Shown here: positions 49,257 to 59,292 of the stretch, one piece after another | Layout: each line of letters begins with the position of its first letter | Position numbering within the stretch: position 1 is the stretch's first letter | NCBI GenBank assembly: GCA_000165345.1 | Contig: CM000429.1 | Location: 448,001 to 512,000, forward strand | Length of the DNA stretch: 64,000 nt | Reading direction: 5' to 3' | Position numbers and translations under genes: made by a program | The notes under the pieces: model-generated | What the model was told of the DNA's origin: nothing | The model's database searches: none | Seen by the model: the letters and a program-made list of their open reading frames with translations, nothing else

Positions 49257-52190
49257 ATGAATTTCAAGACAGCCTTATCTAGCTTTCCAACACTAATTGT
49301 TCTTCTGGTAATAAGTTGCTTCACTCTATTCACGTTTGCAAAATCTCATAGAATTAAAACATCTAACTCGATTAATTATAATTCAGAATTTCATTCAAAA
49401 GGGGGATCTACCGACCAAAATGTTATTTCTAAAATACCTAATCTTCGCCCATCGTCTGTAATTCAGGCAACAAATTTAAACCCCACTAATGGGCCTATTA
49501 ACTCAATAGTAAGGATATCTATACATGGAATAGGTTTTTCATTGTTTCCAAAATTATTTGTACATTTTGATGTAACTGAAGGCCCTTATGAAGTGGTGCC
49601 AGTTACTACAATTTCAGACACGTTGTTGGAGGTTGATACACCATCCAGTTTATCTTATGGTGAATCAGGTAAATCAGTTCTGGTTAGTGTATTTTCTCAT
49701 CCGGATATAATGCTTCAAAGTTCCAATGCATTAATATTCCGCTTTTATGAGGTACCAGTGATTACACTAATTTCTCCTAGCCATGCAGGAATGTCTGGAG
49801 GATCAGAAATAAAAATCTTTGGAACTGGTTTATTTGCATCTGATGATTTGAAGTGTCTCTTTCAAAGCAAAGAAAGATCTAAAATCGTAGATGCAACCTA
49901 CTCAATGAGTAAATTTGATACTTTGACTATGAAAAATTTTCTTCATGAAAATCATAATAAAAATATTCTTGAAAATAATTTACTTACTCAGTTAAACAAA
50001 AATTTATCAGAAGTTGAAATTAAAACCATATTAGACAATATTCAAAATCATAGTCCAATGCAATCAATAATTTGCGAGTCACCATCATGGACTGTATCAG
50101 AAACAGCATCTCTCTCGATCTCATTTAATGGAGTTCAGTATCACATATGTACTGATAGATTTACTTTTGAGGAGGAATCTTCTCTTTTTGGAAATGTTGC
50201 TCATGTAGTTAAAGAACGAGATAATCCTTCTGAGATTGTTTCAGAAGATGAAATTGAATTGAAAAATTCACAACAAAAAACGAATAACAACAAGATTGTC
50301 TCTTCTGAGATCATCTTGAGAAATTTTAACTCAAAATCGAGTTCACACTACAATAATCATAACCATCATATAAACGATTTACACAAGCATATTGATAACT
50401 CAGGCAATACATATACATTAAGTAATTCTTCTAACGCTTCTTTGTTACACAGTGATTATGGGCTTTTCTTAGAGATTGTCATTTTATTTTACTCATCATT
50501 TATCTTCGGCACTATTTGCAAGTTTATTGGGCTGCCACTGTTACTGGGATACATTATTGGCGGATATGTAGTTGGACCTTCTGGATTTGGTTATATATCG
50601 CAGCCAATCCAAATTATATCAATTTCACAAATTGGTGTGTGTCTGATTCTATTCACATTAGGACTTGAATTTTCTCTTAAGAGAGTCCTTTCAATAGGTA
50701 AATCGGTCATTTACTGTGCAGTTTCTTCAATATTAGTTTTCGTTTGTTTATGCAGTGCATATTCTATTTGGATTGGAACCCCAATAAATGAAGGAATTTT
50801 TATAGGGTCATATATATCAATGAGTTCAACTGCAGTTGTAATTTGCGAGCTACAAATTGAATCAAACGAAAGTATGGTTACAATTGGAATTTTAATATTA
50901 CAAGACTTGCTATTAGGAATTGTGCTTGCACTAATTCCAGCTTTACAAACTAATTCTGTTGAAAGTGTGTCTTCAAAAACTTCAAATACAAATTCTTTCA
51001 CAAATGTTTTTAACCAGACAAAGGTTTATCAACTAATGGTTTTTGTAACTCATTTTTGTTTGTTTTTATGGAAGATCATTAAACCCTTTATAATACTTTC
51101 GATATTTATTTTGATATCATTTATCGTAAAAATAATAATTTTTCCAGTCATTCTTTTTGTTCTCACGAAAACCAAAAGTCGCGAAATTATCCTGATCGGA
51201 ATTGTAAGTATTGTGCTTTGTATTTCATCATTAACTGAATATCTGGGACTTTCTATGGAAATGGGCTCGTTTGTTGGAGGAGTAATTCTCTCAAGTCTTT
51301 TTGGTGAAGAGGATACATATAACTTTAAACACGACTTTATTCAATCTATAGAGTCATTAAAATGGGTTTTTTCGATGCTATTTTTTACGAGTATTGGACT
51401 GGTTATTGATGCAACTTTCATTTGGGACAATTATTGGACGATTGGATATGTTTGTTTATTCATATCAATAATTAAATTCTTCGTAAACTTTCTAATATTC
51501 TTTGCATTTGGGCACATGATTAAATTATCTGCTTTTACATCCTTCATGCTAGCAAATTTAGGTGAATTTGGATTTGTGTTAGCGTCAAAGGGAATATCAC
51601 TTGGAATAATATCCAGAAAAGTCTACCTTATTCTTGTAGCAACTACTGTAATTTCGCTTTTATCTACCCCAATTATTCTTAGGATATTCTCTATCATTCT
51701 GAAAAGAAGGAATTCAAATATTCCATCAAATGAAAATAACTATAAAAAATTTAATGTTAAAAATAATGAAATCACCTCAATTAAACAGAAGTTCAATTTT
51801 TCATTAGGTAGCTCGTTCTATAATGCAAATAAAAGAAGAGCACTTAATATAACAAACATTATAAAAAATTTGGGTATTTTTAGTGGAAATAGTCACAGCT
51901 TAGATTCTTCAACAAAAGATTATAAATTTGATATATATATTAGAAATAATTATTTGAATTCTCGTTTTCAAGAGGACAGAATTTCATATTCAAATGTCTT
52001 TGAAAATTCAAGAGCTAATCCAAACATTGACTTCTCATTAAATGAAAATGAATTGGAAGATCTAAGTCAAGATGTTGTTTCTAATGAATCAAAGTTTGGG
52101 TGTAAAACTTCAAGTATTAGTTTAGAGAAAATAGACGAATTTACACTTGCTCATGTCACTAATTTGGGCAACTCGTCCTCAAAAATGTAG
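49257..52190 (+). CDS. Fusion protein: signal peptide plus tandem IPT/TIG-like extracellular domains fused to a Kef-type CPA2 cation/proton antiporter membrane domain
   Basis: 977 aa. N-terminal MNFKTALSSFPTLIVLLVISCFTLFTFA (signal/anchor). The IPT/TIG repeats: PTNGPINSIVRISIHGIGFSLFPKLFVHFDV.. and PVITLISPSHAGMSGGSEIKIFGTGLF. The CPA2 core: GLPLLLGYIIGGYVVGPSGFGYI..ISQIGVCLILFTLGLEFSL.. followed by about 10 more TM helices (..LQDLLLGIVLALIP.., ..GSFVGGVILSS..). Confidence 0.65.
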   Translation: MNFKTALSSFPTLIVLLVISCFTLFTFAKSHRIKTSNSINYNSEFHSKGGSTDQNVISKIPNLRPSSVIQATNLNPTNGPINSIVRISIHGIGFSLFPKLFVHFDVTEGPYEVVPVTTISDTLLEVDTPSSLSYGESGKSVLVSVFSHPDIMLQSSNALIFRFYEVPVITLISPSHAGMSGGSEIKIFGTGLFASDDLKCLFQSKERSKIVDATYSMSKFDTLTMKNFLHENHNKNILENNLLTQLNKNLSEVEIKTILDNIQNHSPMQSIICESPSWTVSETASLSISFNGVQYHICTDRFTFEEESSLFGNVAHVVKERDNPSEIVSEDEIELKNSQQKTNNNKIVSSEIILRNFNSKSSSHYNNHNHHINDLHKHIDNSGNTYTLSNSSNASLLHSDYGLFLEIVILFYSSFIFGTICKFIGLPLLLGYIIGGYVVGPSGFGYISQPIQIISISQIGVCLILFTLGLEFSLKRVLSIGKSVIYCAVSSILVFVCLCSAYSIWIGTPINEGIFIGSYISMSSTAVVICELQIESNESMVTIGILILQDLLLGIVLALIPALQTNSVESVSSKTSNTNSFTNVFNQTKVYQLMVFVTHFCLFLWKIIKPFIILSIFILISFIVKIIIFPVILFVLTKTKSREIILIGIVSIVLCISSLTEYLGLSMEMGSFVGGVILSSLFGEEDTYNFKHDFIQSIESLKWVFSMLFFTSIGLVIDATFIWDNYWTIGYVCLFISIIKFFVNFLIFFAFGHMIKLSAFTSFMLANLGEFGFVLASKGISLGIISRKVYLILVATTVISLLSTPIILRIFSIILKRRNSNIPSNENNYKKFNVKNNEITSIKQKFNFSLGSSFYNANKRRALNITNIIKNLGIFSGNSHSLDSSTKDYKFDIYIRNNYLNSRFQEDRISYSNVFENSRANPNIDFSLNENELEDLSQDVVSNESKFGCKTSSISLEKIDEFTLAHVTNLGNSSSKM

Positions 52191-52381
52191 GTTTTTAAAT
52201 ATATAAATGTAGGATTAAATTCCGTGAATCACACTTAATCATATTGAATTTTATCTTAACTTTTATTTAAATTTCATTTACTCGAAGAATAATTAGAATA
52301 AAGCGCTGATAAAAATTGCAATTAATTAGATGAGTTTTTTTACACATTGAAACTGCACAAAAAAAAAGCAGCTCGCACAAA

Positions 52382-53755
52382 ATGGATGACTTAAAAACCA
52401 TTGTTTTGAGACAAAATGAAATTCTAAAAAAACTAGAAACTGCATTATCAAATGCAATTATTAGAATTGAAAGCATTGAAAGGTATTGTAATAAGGATAA
52501 TAACAGCGTTGCGGATAATTTATCACTAATTTTGCCCAAAGAAACTGAGTACGGCCTAATAAAAAACAACTCTTGTAAATCAAAGGATCTAAATAAAGAA
52601 ATTGGCAATTTTGATTTTAATGCAGTTAATTCTGCTTTTAAATTAATTCCAATCGACTTTTTAAAAATGGATTTTAATAATCACCCTATTAATTTGATTA
52701 ATAATAGTAATGTTAAGAGTTCACATTTTATTAAGAATTTAAATAGTAATAAGTTTGTAGTTAACTCCAATTTTTATCATTCTGCTATAAACACAGATTT
52801 TGATCATCAACGACTAGAAGATTTATCAGAAAACATGTTTGATAATACATCCACAAATATTACTTCAAAACTACCAGAACTAAAAACTAATATCAAACCT
52901 GAAAATCAAGAGCTTGAAATTTTTTGGGAAGATAAAGAAAACAATTCTAATGCCTCAAATAACAATTTTAAACTTCAAACATGCATATGCGAGAATGAAT
53001 CAAAATCTGATGATAAAGAATTTTTTCCAAAAGAAACACTCAATTTTATAGCAAATAAGCTAGATATGTTTAATATGTTCTACAATGGAAACAAAAATCA
53101 CATTCTTTCTAACTGTATAGGAAAAAACGCACTAAATATTAAATCATCAAATAAACTATATATTTTTGACGAAGAAGATAATTCTAGTATGAGGCTTGAT
53201 GATCCTCTAGATTTAGAGATTGCAGAAAACGAATTTTACTACTTAAAGGGGCATATTAAAAGAAGTTCTACAAGAGATCGTCCTAGAAGCTCTAGTCTAG
53301 ATAACTGTCATCTCTTTAATTGTCTATATCCTAAAACAAGAGAGATCAAGAATAGCTGCGATAATATTGACAATTTAGAAGTTTATTCTAGCAATCAGCT
53401 AACCCCAGTAGATAACAGTTATTTAATAAGAGAAATAAAGTACCACAAGCCCTATGAAAAGATTGTAGGGTATGTACAAATTCCTTACAATGCATTTTTA
53501 AGCAGATCTTTTGAAAGTTCTGGTCACGATAAGATTAAGAACAAAACTCCTTTGAAAGAAGTAAATTATTTAGATTCGCGCAACGTACATAAAAAGATCA
53601 GAAGTCCTTACGAAGAACGTAATATTTTTTCAAGTAATATTTATCAATATAATAGGCAGATCGCCCATATTAAAGTTAACTGCCCCATTTTTTATCAATT
53701 TTTTTGTTTTCAACGATACCCTATTTTAATTTTAAGGCCGCTTTTCAGTAATTAA
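52382..53755 (+). CDS. Hypothetical protein (N-rich, low complexity)
   Basis: 457-aa ORF from an ATG with an N-terminal coiled-coil-like segment (MDDLKTIVLRQNEILKKLETALSNAIIRIESIERY). No domain recognised. Confidence 0.35.
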   Translation: MDDLKTIVLRQNEILKKLETALSNAIIRIESIERYCNKDNNSVADNLSLILPKETEYGLIKNNSCKSKDLNKEIGNFDFNAVNSAFKLIPIDFLKMDFNNHPINLINNSNVKSSHFIKNLNSNKFVVNSNFYHSAINTDFDHQRLEDLSENMFDNTSTNITSKLPELKTNIKPENQELEIFWEDKENNSNASNNNFKLQTCICENESKSDDKEFFPKETLNFIANKLDMFNMFYNGNKNHILSNCIGKNALNIKSSNKLYIFDEEDNSSMRLDDPLDLEIAENEFYYLKGHIKRSSTRDRPRSSSLDNCHLFNCLYPKTREIKNSCDNIDNLEVYSSNQLTPVDNSYLIREIKYHKPYEKIVGYVQIPYNAFLSRSFESSGHDKIKNKTPLKEVNYLDSRNVHKKIRSPYEERNIFSSNIYQYNRQIAHIKVNCPIFYQFFCFQRYPILILRPLFSN

Positions 53756-53807
53756 TAAAGAAATGTCTGGTAATAATGCTAAAGCTTCTCACAGATTGCT
53801 ACTAAGT

Positions 53808-54167
53808 TTATTTTTTGCCATTTTTTGGAAAAACTTTCTTTTGACCTATTTCCTTTGTTAATATTGATAAAAACACATCGTTATTAAACTTTTCAGTTCC
53901 TCTTCTAACCTTAAATGATTGTTCTTTCTCTGGAAGATTCGGCTCTTTTAGGGGAGGGGGGGTCTTTGATCTAAATCTAAAAATATGCTCGTTTATATTT
54001 TGTGGAGAAGACCTATTATGCTTCATAGTAATATCTTTCATGATGTGTTTCCAAAGTCTGTCGTTTTCATCGAGTATCTCTAGTGTATATAACGCAATTT
54101 TTTTGATTGCTTCATTTTGTTCATTAACCTTCTCCTCGAGATTACTTATTCTATCAACTAACAACAT
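53808..54167 (-). CDS. Hypothetical small coiled-coil protein
   Basis: About 119 aa from the first ATG (the track start at 54173 is a TTG): MLLVDRISNLEEKVNEQNEAIKKIALYTLEILDENDRLW... No family assigned. Confidence 0.3.
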   Translation of the reverse strand: MLLVDRISNLEEKVNEQNEAIKKIALYTLEILDENDRLWKHIMKDITMKHNRSSPQNINEHIFRFRSKTPPPLKEPNLPEKEQSFKVRRGTEKFNNDVFLSILTKEIGQKKVFPKNGKK

Positions 54168-54405
54168 ATTCAAGGACTTTATACAAATTAATTATTTTAT
54201 AGATCACATATAATTACTTATAACGAAAAATATGGATTAATTCTTTGTACTGGACCTATTTTTTCTTAATATTATTTCTAATGGCCGATAAATATAGCGC
54301 CTTAGAAAGCATGGCTCATTTTTACCACAATTTTGATATATTAATTAATATTTCAAATTGGAAACGCTTTGATTAATTTATTATATTTAAGAAACTAAAC
54401 ATTCT

Positions 54406-55047
54406 ATGGAAACCAATCCCGAAGAGAGTAACCAATTGGTTAATACAAGCGCTGAAGTAATTAGAACATACCTTAATAAAATTGTAACCAATGATAACTT
54501 GGATACACTTACACCGAAAAAAGTCAGAGAAGAGTTGGAAAAAGCTCTTGGGCTTCCTTTGGATAGCTTAAAGCCAAAAAAAAACCAAATAAATGACTTA
54601 ATAGACGCCATTATTTTAGAAATAAAAGAAAAAAATTCTACCGATTCCCCAATCGAGCAAATTACGAACAACGTATCAAATGTTGATTATAAAGACGAAG
54701 AAACCAATGCCAATAACGATGAGGAACATAACGACTTAAATATAAACATCCCAGAAATAACTAAACAAAATGGAAAAGCAACAAAGAGAAAGCAAATTTC
54801 GATGTCGATTGAGGAATTTCTAGAAAAATCCCAAACGCTAAGCCTAAGTATCAATGGTTCAAGCGAAAAACTTGCTATTTCTCCGAGACAATTTAGCACA
54901 GGAAGTGTTGGTTGGTACTACGGAGGCAAAGTCCCGCTTCCGGTTGGAGACGATTTGGAAGTCTTGTGTCAAATTTCAATCAATTGTACAGTAGTAGGTA
55001 GCAAAACGTGGTCCCAAAACATATCCAAAAAGTCGAAAATTAAATGA
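54406..55047 (+). CDS. DEK-C domain-containing protein (chromatin/transcription-associated), acidic middle and uncharacterised C-terminal domain
   Basis: 213 aa. N-terminal SAEVIRTYLNKIVTNDNLDTLTPKKVREELEKALGLPLDSLKPKKNQINDLIDAII fits the DEK C-terminal (DEK_C) helix bundle pattern. Followed by an acidic D/E/N-rich linker. Confidence 0.4.
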   Translation: METNPEESNQLVNTSAEVIRTYLNKIVTNDNLDTLTPKKVREELEKALGLPLDSLKPKKNQINDLIDAIILEIKEKNSTDSPIEQITNNVSNVDYKDEETNANNDEEHNDLNINIPEITKQNGKATKRKQISMSIEEFLEKSQTLSLSINGSSEKLAISPRQFSTGSVGWYYGGKVPLPVGDDLEVLCQISINCTVVGSKTWSQNISKKSKIK

Positions 55048-55065
55048 TATAATTCTAGTATTTTT

Positions 55066-56262
55066 TTATTCAAAATCAAACCTCCACAAAGCAATCTCTC
55101 CATCATCTCCTGCAGAAATAAATTCTCCTCTTTTATTGTCGTTTAACCAAGAAACTGAGTTTATTTCGCTGTTATGAGCATTTGGTCTTTCACAAATATG
55201 TTTTAATCTTTTTGAATCAGTAACGGAAAATAAATGTAGGCTTTTGTCTGCTGATGAAACAATGATACAATTAATATAATTACACCACTCAATTGAATAA
55301 ATAGGATAGCTATACAACTCTTTATCATAATTATTTATGAATGAATTTGCTTGGTCAATTTGAATATATTTTGAAAGCCTCTTTGTATTTGGTGTATTGT
55401 AAAAGATCATTTTAAAAGTATCAGTTAGTGCAAAGTTTACTGAGTTCAAATTTTTAAATTTATTTTCATTCCCTTGATTACTGTTCCACAGAACAATCGA
55501 GGAATCATCTGAACAAGATAAAAGAAATTCACCATTTGGACTATAAGTAAAATCCCAAACAGTTGAAGAATGCCCATTGAGCGTGTATAACTTAACCCAT
55601 TCTAAGCCTTTAACTTCATCATGGCCTAATAACTGAGAAGAAGGCGCCCAAGCAATTATTGTATTATCATACGAGCATGATAACAATACCATAGGAATAG
55701 TTGGATGCCACTTAATCTTCTTTATGTCATTTGTATGCGCAGTTACTACTCCAATACAATCATATTCTATAAGTGTTCCCAATTTTCTATTTTCGCCTAT
55801 ATCCAATGAAAAAAACCAAATTGCTCTATCTCTACAACAAGCAGCCACAAAATTATTAAAAGGACTCCAATCAACGCATTTTACTTCGCTTTCAGGACCA
55901 AGAATCTTGCAAATACAAGCCCATCCAATATCCCTAGATACAAATTCCCAAACTGAAATTGAGCTATCGAAACTCGCGGAAATGATCATGCCTCCGCATG
56001 GTGACCAAGCAATCTTTCTAATTAGTCTCTTATGTTCCAAACTTCCAAATTCGTAGGCTTTAACCCAACTATTTCCGGCCATAGAACATTTATTTACAAT
56101 TTCTATTTCTTGGTACCACTTGTGGTTTTTTAACTTTGTATCCATCCAGACAACTATGCTACTTCCGCATGATGCAATAATTCTATCCTTTGGATGAGAT
56201 GCTACGCTCCAAATGGCACTATCTAACACTCCGATAATTCCTAGCTTCTCCAAGGAGCCCAT
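55066..56262 (-). CDS. CIAO1: CIAO1 (cytosolic iron-sulfur assembly WD40 protein)
   Basis: About 398 aa from the first ATG (56262). ..IRKIAWSPCGGMIISASFDSSISVWEF...KCVDWSPFNNFVAACCRDRAIWFF...IKKIKWHPTIPMVLLSCSYDNTIIAW.. parallels human CIAO1 ([25 protein letters not shown]...[25 protein letters not shown]...[25 protein letters not shown]). The stop lies only 18 bp from the convergent upstream gene's stop. Confidence 0.75.
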   Translation of the reverse strand: MGSLEKLGIIGVLDSAIWSVASHPKDRIIASCGSSIVVWMDTKLKNHKWYQEIEIVNKCSMAGNSWVKAYEFGSLEHKRLIRKIAWSPCGGMIISASFDSSISVWEFVSRDIGWACICKILGPESEVKCVDWSPFNNFVAACCRDRAIWFFSLDIGENRKLGTLIEYDCIGVVTAHTNDIKKIKWHPTIPMVLLSCSYDNTIIAWAPSSQLLGHDEVKGLEWVKLYTLNGHSSTVWDFTYSPNGEFLLSCSDDSSIVLWNSNQGNENKFKNLNSVNFALTDTFKMIFYNTPNTKRLSKYIQIDQANSFINNYDKELYSYPIYSIEWCNYINCIIVSSADKSLHLFSVTDSKRLKHICERPNAHNSEINSVSWLNDNKRGEFISAGDDGEIALWRFDFE

Positions 56263-56778
56263 TAACAATAAATTTGAAAACTATATAAGCATATATATGT
56301 ATGCGCCAAAGAAGAATATGGAATTCAATTCAATGTAATTCTCATGATTTTCCTCATTGTTACGTATGGTTTGCATTTTTCGATAAAATTCCCTCAGTTT
56401 TTGCGCTAAAAATTTTCCACAAGTAGAATTACTATGTATTCTTGACTTTTTGATTGCTGGACAATTAACAAAGCATGAATTAAAATTGTTGATTAATTCT
56501 AATTTATTGTTGTGCTTTATATATAGCCCAAAAACTTTATATTTTAATCATCAATTCCTGCTTCAAATTTTTAAGTAATGAAACATTGAATTTCAACTGA
56601 AATTTTATATTTATCCTAGTTTCGAGTAGAAAATTTTATTTCATGATATAAATAACGCTATATTATTGTAATTTGAGACTTTTAAAAACTTTTTACTGCT
56701 CCTATCCTTAAATATTTTCACTTTTCAAACTTTTTATCGGTCCACGCCGCATTATTTGAAAATGAATAATTGAAGGAA

Positions 56779-58056
56779 ATGTGGATCAATAAGTTAATAA
56801 GTGTGATACTTCAAATAATAATTGCGATTAAGCTATCAGTTGGGCGCATTACAATTAACGTTCACAATACAAAGGATGAAAATGGATATTATTTTATTAA
56901 TGCTTTTGTTGGGAATCCGCCTCAAAAGCAAACTCTAATACTTGATTCTGGCAGCTCCCAAATTAGCTTTACATGTATCACATGCATAAATTGCGGCTCC
57001 CACGAATATCCCCCGTTTGATATAATGAAATCAATAACTGGAAAGAATTGTAATAGAAAATTACTAGGAGGTGAAAAATGTAAATATTTCCATCGTTTCA
57101 ATGAAGGAAGTGTTATTTCCGGAAAATATTTTTCTGATACTTTGAGGTTTGAAGAAGTCCAACAAAATTCTGGAATTATTAAGGATCACTTTGAAATTAA
57201 ATATGATTATTTAGGTTGCAATGAGCTAGAAACTAAAAAAATTTACCGTCAACGCGCAACTGGAGTATTTGGTATTGGGCTAAAATCAAGTTTGGATGAT
57301 CATGTAAACATTATTAATTCTTTATTAACTTCTTTAGAAAGTAATACAAATATAAAAGGCTCTAATAATCTTGTTATTTCAATTTGCCTATTGTACTCTG
57401 GTGGAAGGATTGTAATTGGGGAACAAGATGAAAAAATAACCAATAGGAATTCAAATTTTTCAGAAAATAAACGCAATCATGTTTATTGGGTTCCAATTAT
57501 TTACCCATCGAATGTATACAAAGTGAGTTTGGAAGGGCTATCAATTGGAAGTGGAAAATTCAGTTTATTGGAAGAAGAAACATCTCTTTTTGCTATTGTT
57601 GATGTAGGTTCAACCTATTCGTTTTTCCCGTCTAATTTATACAACAAAATAATCAATAAATTCTCTAAACTCTGTGAATTGCTGAATAAACTCGATATTA
57701 ACAAATGTATTACAATTAATCAATCTTTATGTTTCTCTGATCCTGCAAAGTTGCATGCCCTACTTCCCATAATGAACATAAAATTTGGGGGGCAACCAAA
57801 TTTAATCAAATGGATTCACAGTTCCTACCTAATAAAAAGAGAAAGGGCTTGGTGCGTCGGAATAAAGGAGCAAACTTCCTATCAAAATCATATTATACTT
57901 GGAGTCAGTTTTATGAAAAAAAGACAAATTATTCTTGACCCTAGAAAAAAAAGAATTGGATTTAACTTAAATACAACTGCAAGGTGCAAGTATGAACAGA
58001 ATAAAACTATGACAAATCAAGTCAAATTACTTAACGAATATACTAGGTCAAAATAA
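56779..58056 (+). CDS. Secreted pepsin-like (A1 family) aspartyl protease
   Basis: First ATG at 56779 gives the signal peptide MWINKLISVILQIIIAIKLSVG. Catalytic motifs LILDSGSSQ (DTG/DSG) and AIVDVGSTYSFFP (second DTG-type Asp). Multiple Cys consistent with A1 disulfides. Confidence 0.75.
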   Translation: MWINKLISVILQIIIAIKLSVGRITINVHNTKDENGYYFINAFVGNPPQKQTLILDSGSSQISFTCITCINCGSHEYPPFDIMKSITGKNCNRKLLGGEKCKYFHRFNEGSVISGKYFSDTLRFEEVQQNSGIIKDHFEIKYDYLGCNELETKKIYRQRATGVFGIGLKSSLDDHVNIINSLLTSLESNTNIKGSNNLVISICLLYSGGRIVIGEQDEKITNRNSNFSENKRNHVYWVPIIYPSNVYKVSLEGLSIGSGKFSLLEEETSLFAIVDVGSTYSFFPSNLYNKIINKFSKLCELLNKLDINKCITINQSLCFSDPAKLHALLPIMNIKFGGQPNLIKWIHSSYLIKRERAWCVGIKEQTSYQNHIILGVSFMKKRQIILDPRKKRIGFNLNTTARCKYEQNKTMTNQVKLLNEYTRSK

Positions 58057-58131
58057 TCCTAATTATAATTTAATATAGAAATTCTCGACATTTTTTAGAA
58101 TATTTATTTCTTAATAATTCTGAACTGCTGA

Positions 58132-58497
58132 TCATCTACCAGATCTTCCTCTACTAGTTCCTCTAGATATAAATCTTGCTGCAAATGCCTTTTTGTTTCC
58201 AGCTGCTCCTAATACACTAGCTCTATTTTTTGCATTTGCAGCTAGCTTAAACATAGGGGCATTCTTTAACATATCTGGAAGTATGCAGAATCTGATTTGG
58301 CTTCCTCTAAGATAACACTGTTCAAGAGAAACTGGTTTGCCATCTCTCATAGTTGCGTTGACATGTTCCAACATACAGTTCATATTATCTTCAACATGTG
58401 TTAATGTCCCTCTATAAAGGTCGCCCGACTTTAATTCTATTGTAACAATATGCCCAAGCCCTTCATATAAAAGCTTTAGTGGAATTCCAATCGTCAT
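58132..58497 (-). CDS. LSM4: LSm4 (U6 snRNA-associated Sm-like protein) with a C-terminal RG-rich tail
   Basis: First ATG at 58497 gives MTIGIPLKLLYEGLGHIVTIELKSGDLYRGTLTHVEDNMNCMLEHVNATMRDGKPVSLEQCYLRGSQIRFCILPD. This is colinear with LSm4 ([64 protein letters not shown]). The tail ..FISRGTSRGRSGR is RG-rich as in LSm4. Confidence 0.8.
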   Translation of the reverse strand: MTIGIPLKLLYEGLGHIVTIELKSGDLYRGTLTHVEDNMNCMLEHVNATMRDGKPVSLEQCYLRGSQIRFCILPDMLKNAPMFKLAANAKNRASVLGAAGNKKAFAARFISRGTSRGRSGR

Positions 58498-58609
58498 GTT
58501 AATATGAAAAGTGAATTGAGCCAAAAAATTTTTTTTATAATAAATGCAAAGCTGAAGCGGGCTCTATTTATCTAATAAAAAAAATATTCTATGTACAAAA
58601 AAAGTCCCA

Positions 58610-59044
58610 ATGTCACTTCCTTCGTGCCTTTTTGAAGATAGATTTGTTATTAACAGCGTAGATAGCGGAAAGTTTGATCGAATTGGAAGGATCAGAGGTA
58701 GAAGTGTTGGCTTTGATGCAGATTTAATTTTAGATATAAATAATGAACTATTTCCTGTTAGAGAAAAAGAGAGCCTATACATCGGATTATCATCCCAAGT
58801 TTCAGTAAATCCTAATGATATTGTATGGGATAACTCTGGACCTCAAACTCTTATGGACCAATATGACTATGTAATGTATGGGAAAATATATCGTGTTGAA
58901 GAAAAGCAATCAGATAGAAGAAGCCTTTATGCATCATTCGGTGGTCTCCTAATGTCTCTAACAGCAGACAAAAACTTGGTAGGCGACTTCTCACTCGACA
59001 TGAGGTTGTACTGCCTAGTTAGGAGATCTGAAGATATCATCTAA
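58610..59044 (+). CDS. RNA polymerases I/II/III shared subunit Rpb8 (RPABC3)
   Basis: 144 aa. MSLPSCLFEDRFVINSVDSGKFDRIGRI...DINNELFPVREKESLYIGL...DQYDYVMYGKIYRVEEKQSDRRSLYASFGGLLMSLTADKN is colinear with Rpb8 (MSNTLFDDIFQVSEVDPGRYNKVCRI...DINVELFPV...DDYDYVMYGTAYKFEE...YYSFGGLLMRLEGN). Confidence 0.8.
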   Translation: MSLPSCLFEDRFVINSVDSGKFDRIGRIRGRSVGFDADLILDINNELFPVREKESLYIGLSSQVSVNPNDIVWDNSGPQTLMDQYDYVMYGKIYRVEEKQSDRRSLYASFGGLLMSLTADKNLVGDFSLDMRLYCLVRRSEDII

Positions 59045-59292
59045 ATACCGGCTACCTGTGCATTAAGTGCACGAACATTTTCTAAGTCGATCCGTAAAAG
59101 TTTTAATTATGGGAAAAGAAATTATCGTTTAGTACTAAAAATCTTAAACAAGTCGCAACTACCATATTAGGTCTACTATTTATAAGTAGTATTAAAAATG
59201 GTCGATCTAATGTGCACAACTGATAATTAAAAGAACATAAGTTCATATATAAAATTTTGTGAAAACACTGATTAGATCTTAGCTGTCAATAA

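Noticed and set aside
52267-52608. 113-aa minus-strand ORF overlapping the start of the 52382 gene
   Set aside because: It spans the promoter/5' end of a plus-strand gene, has no homology, and has a non-ATG start.
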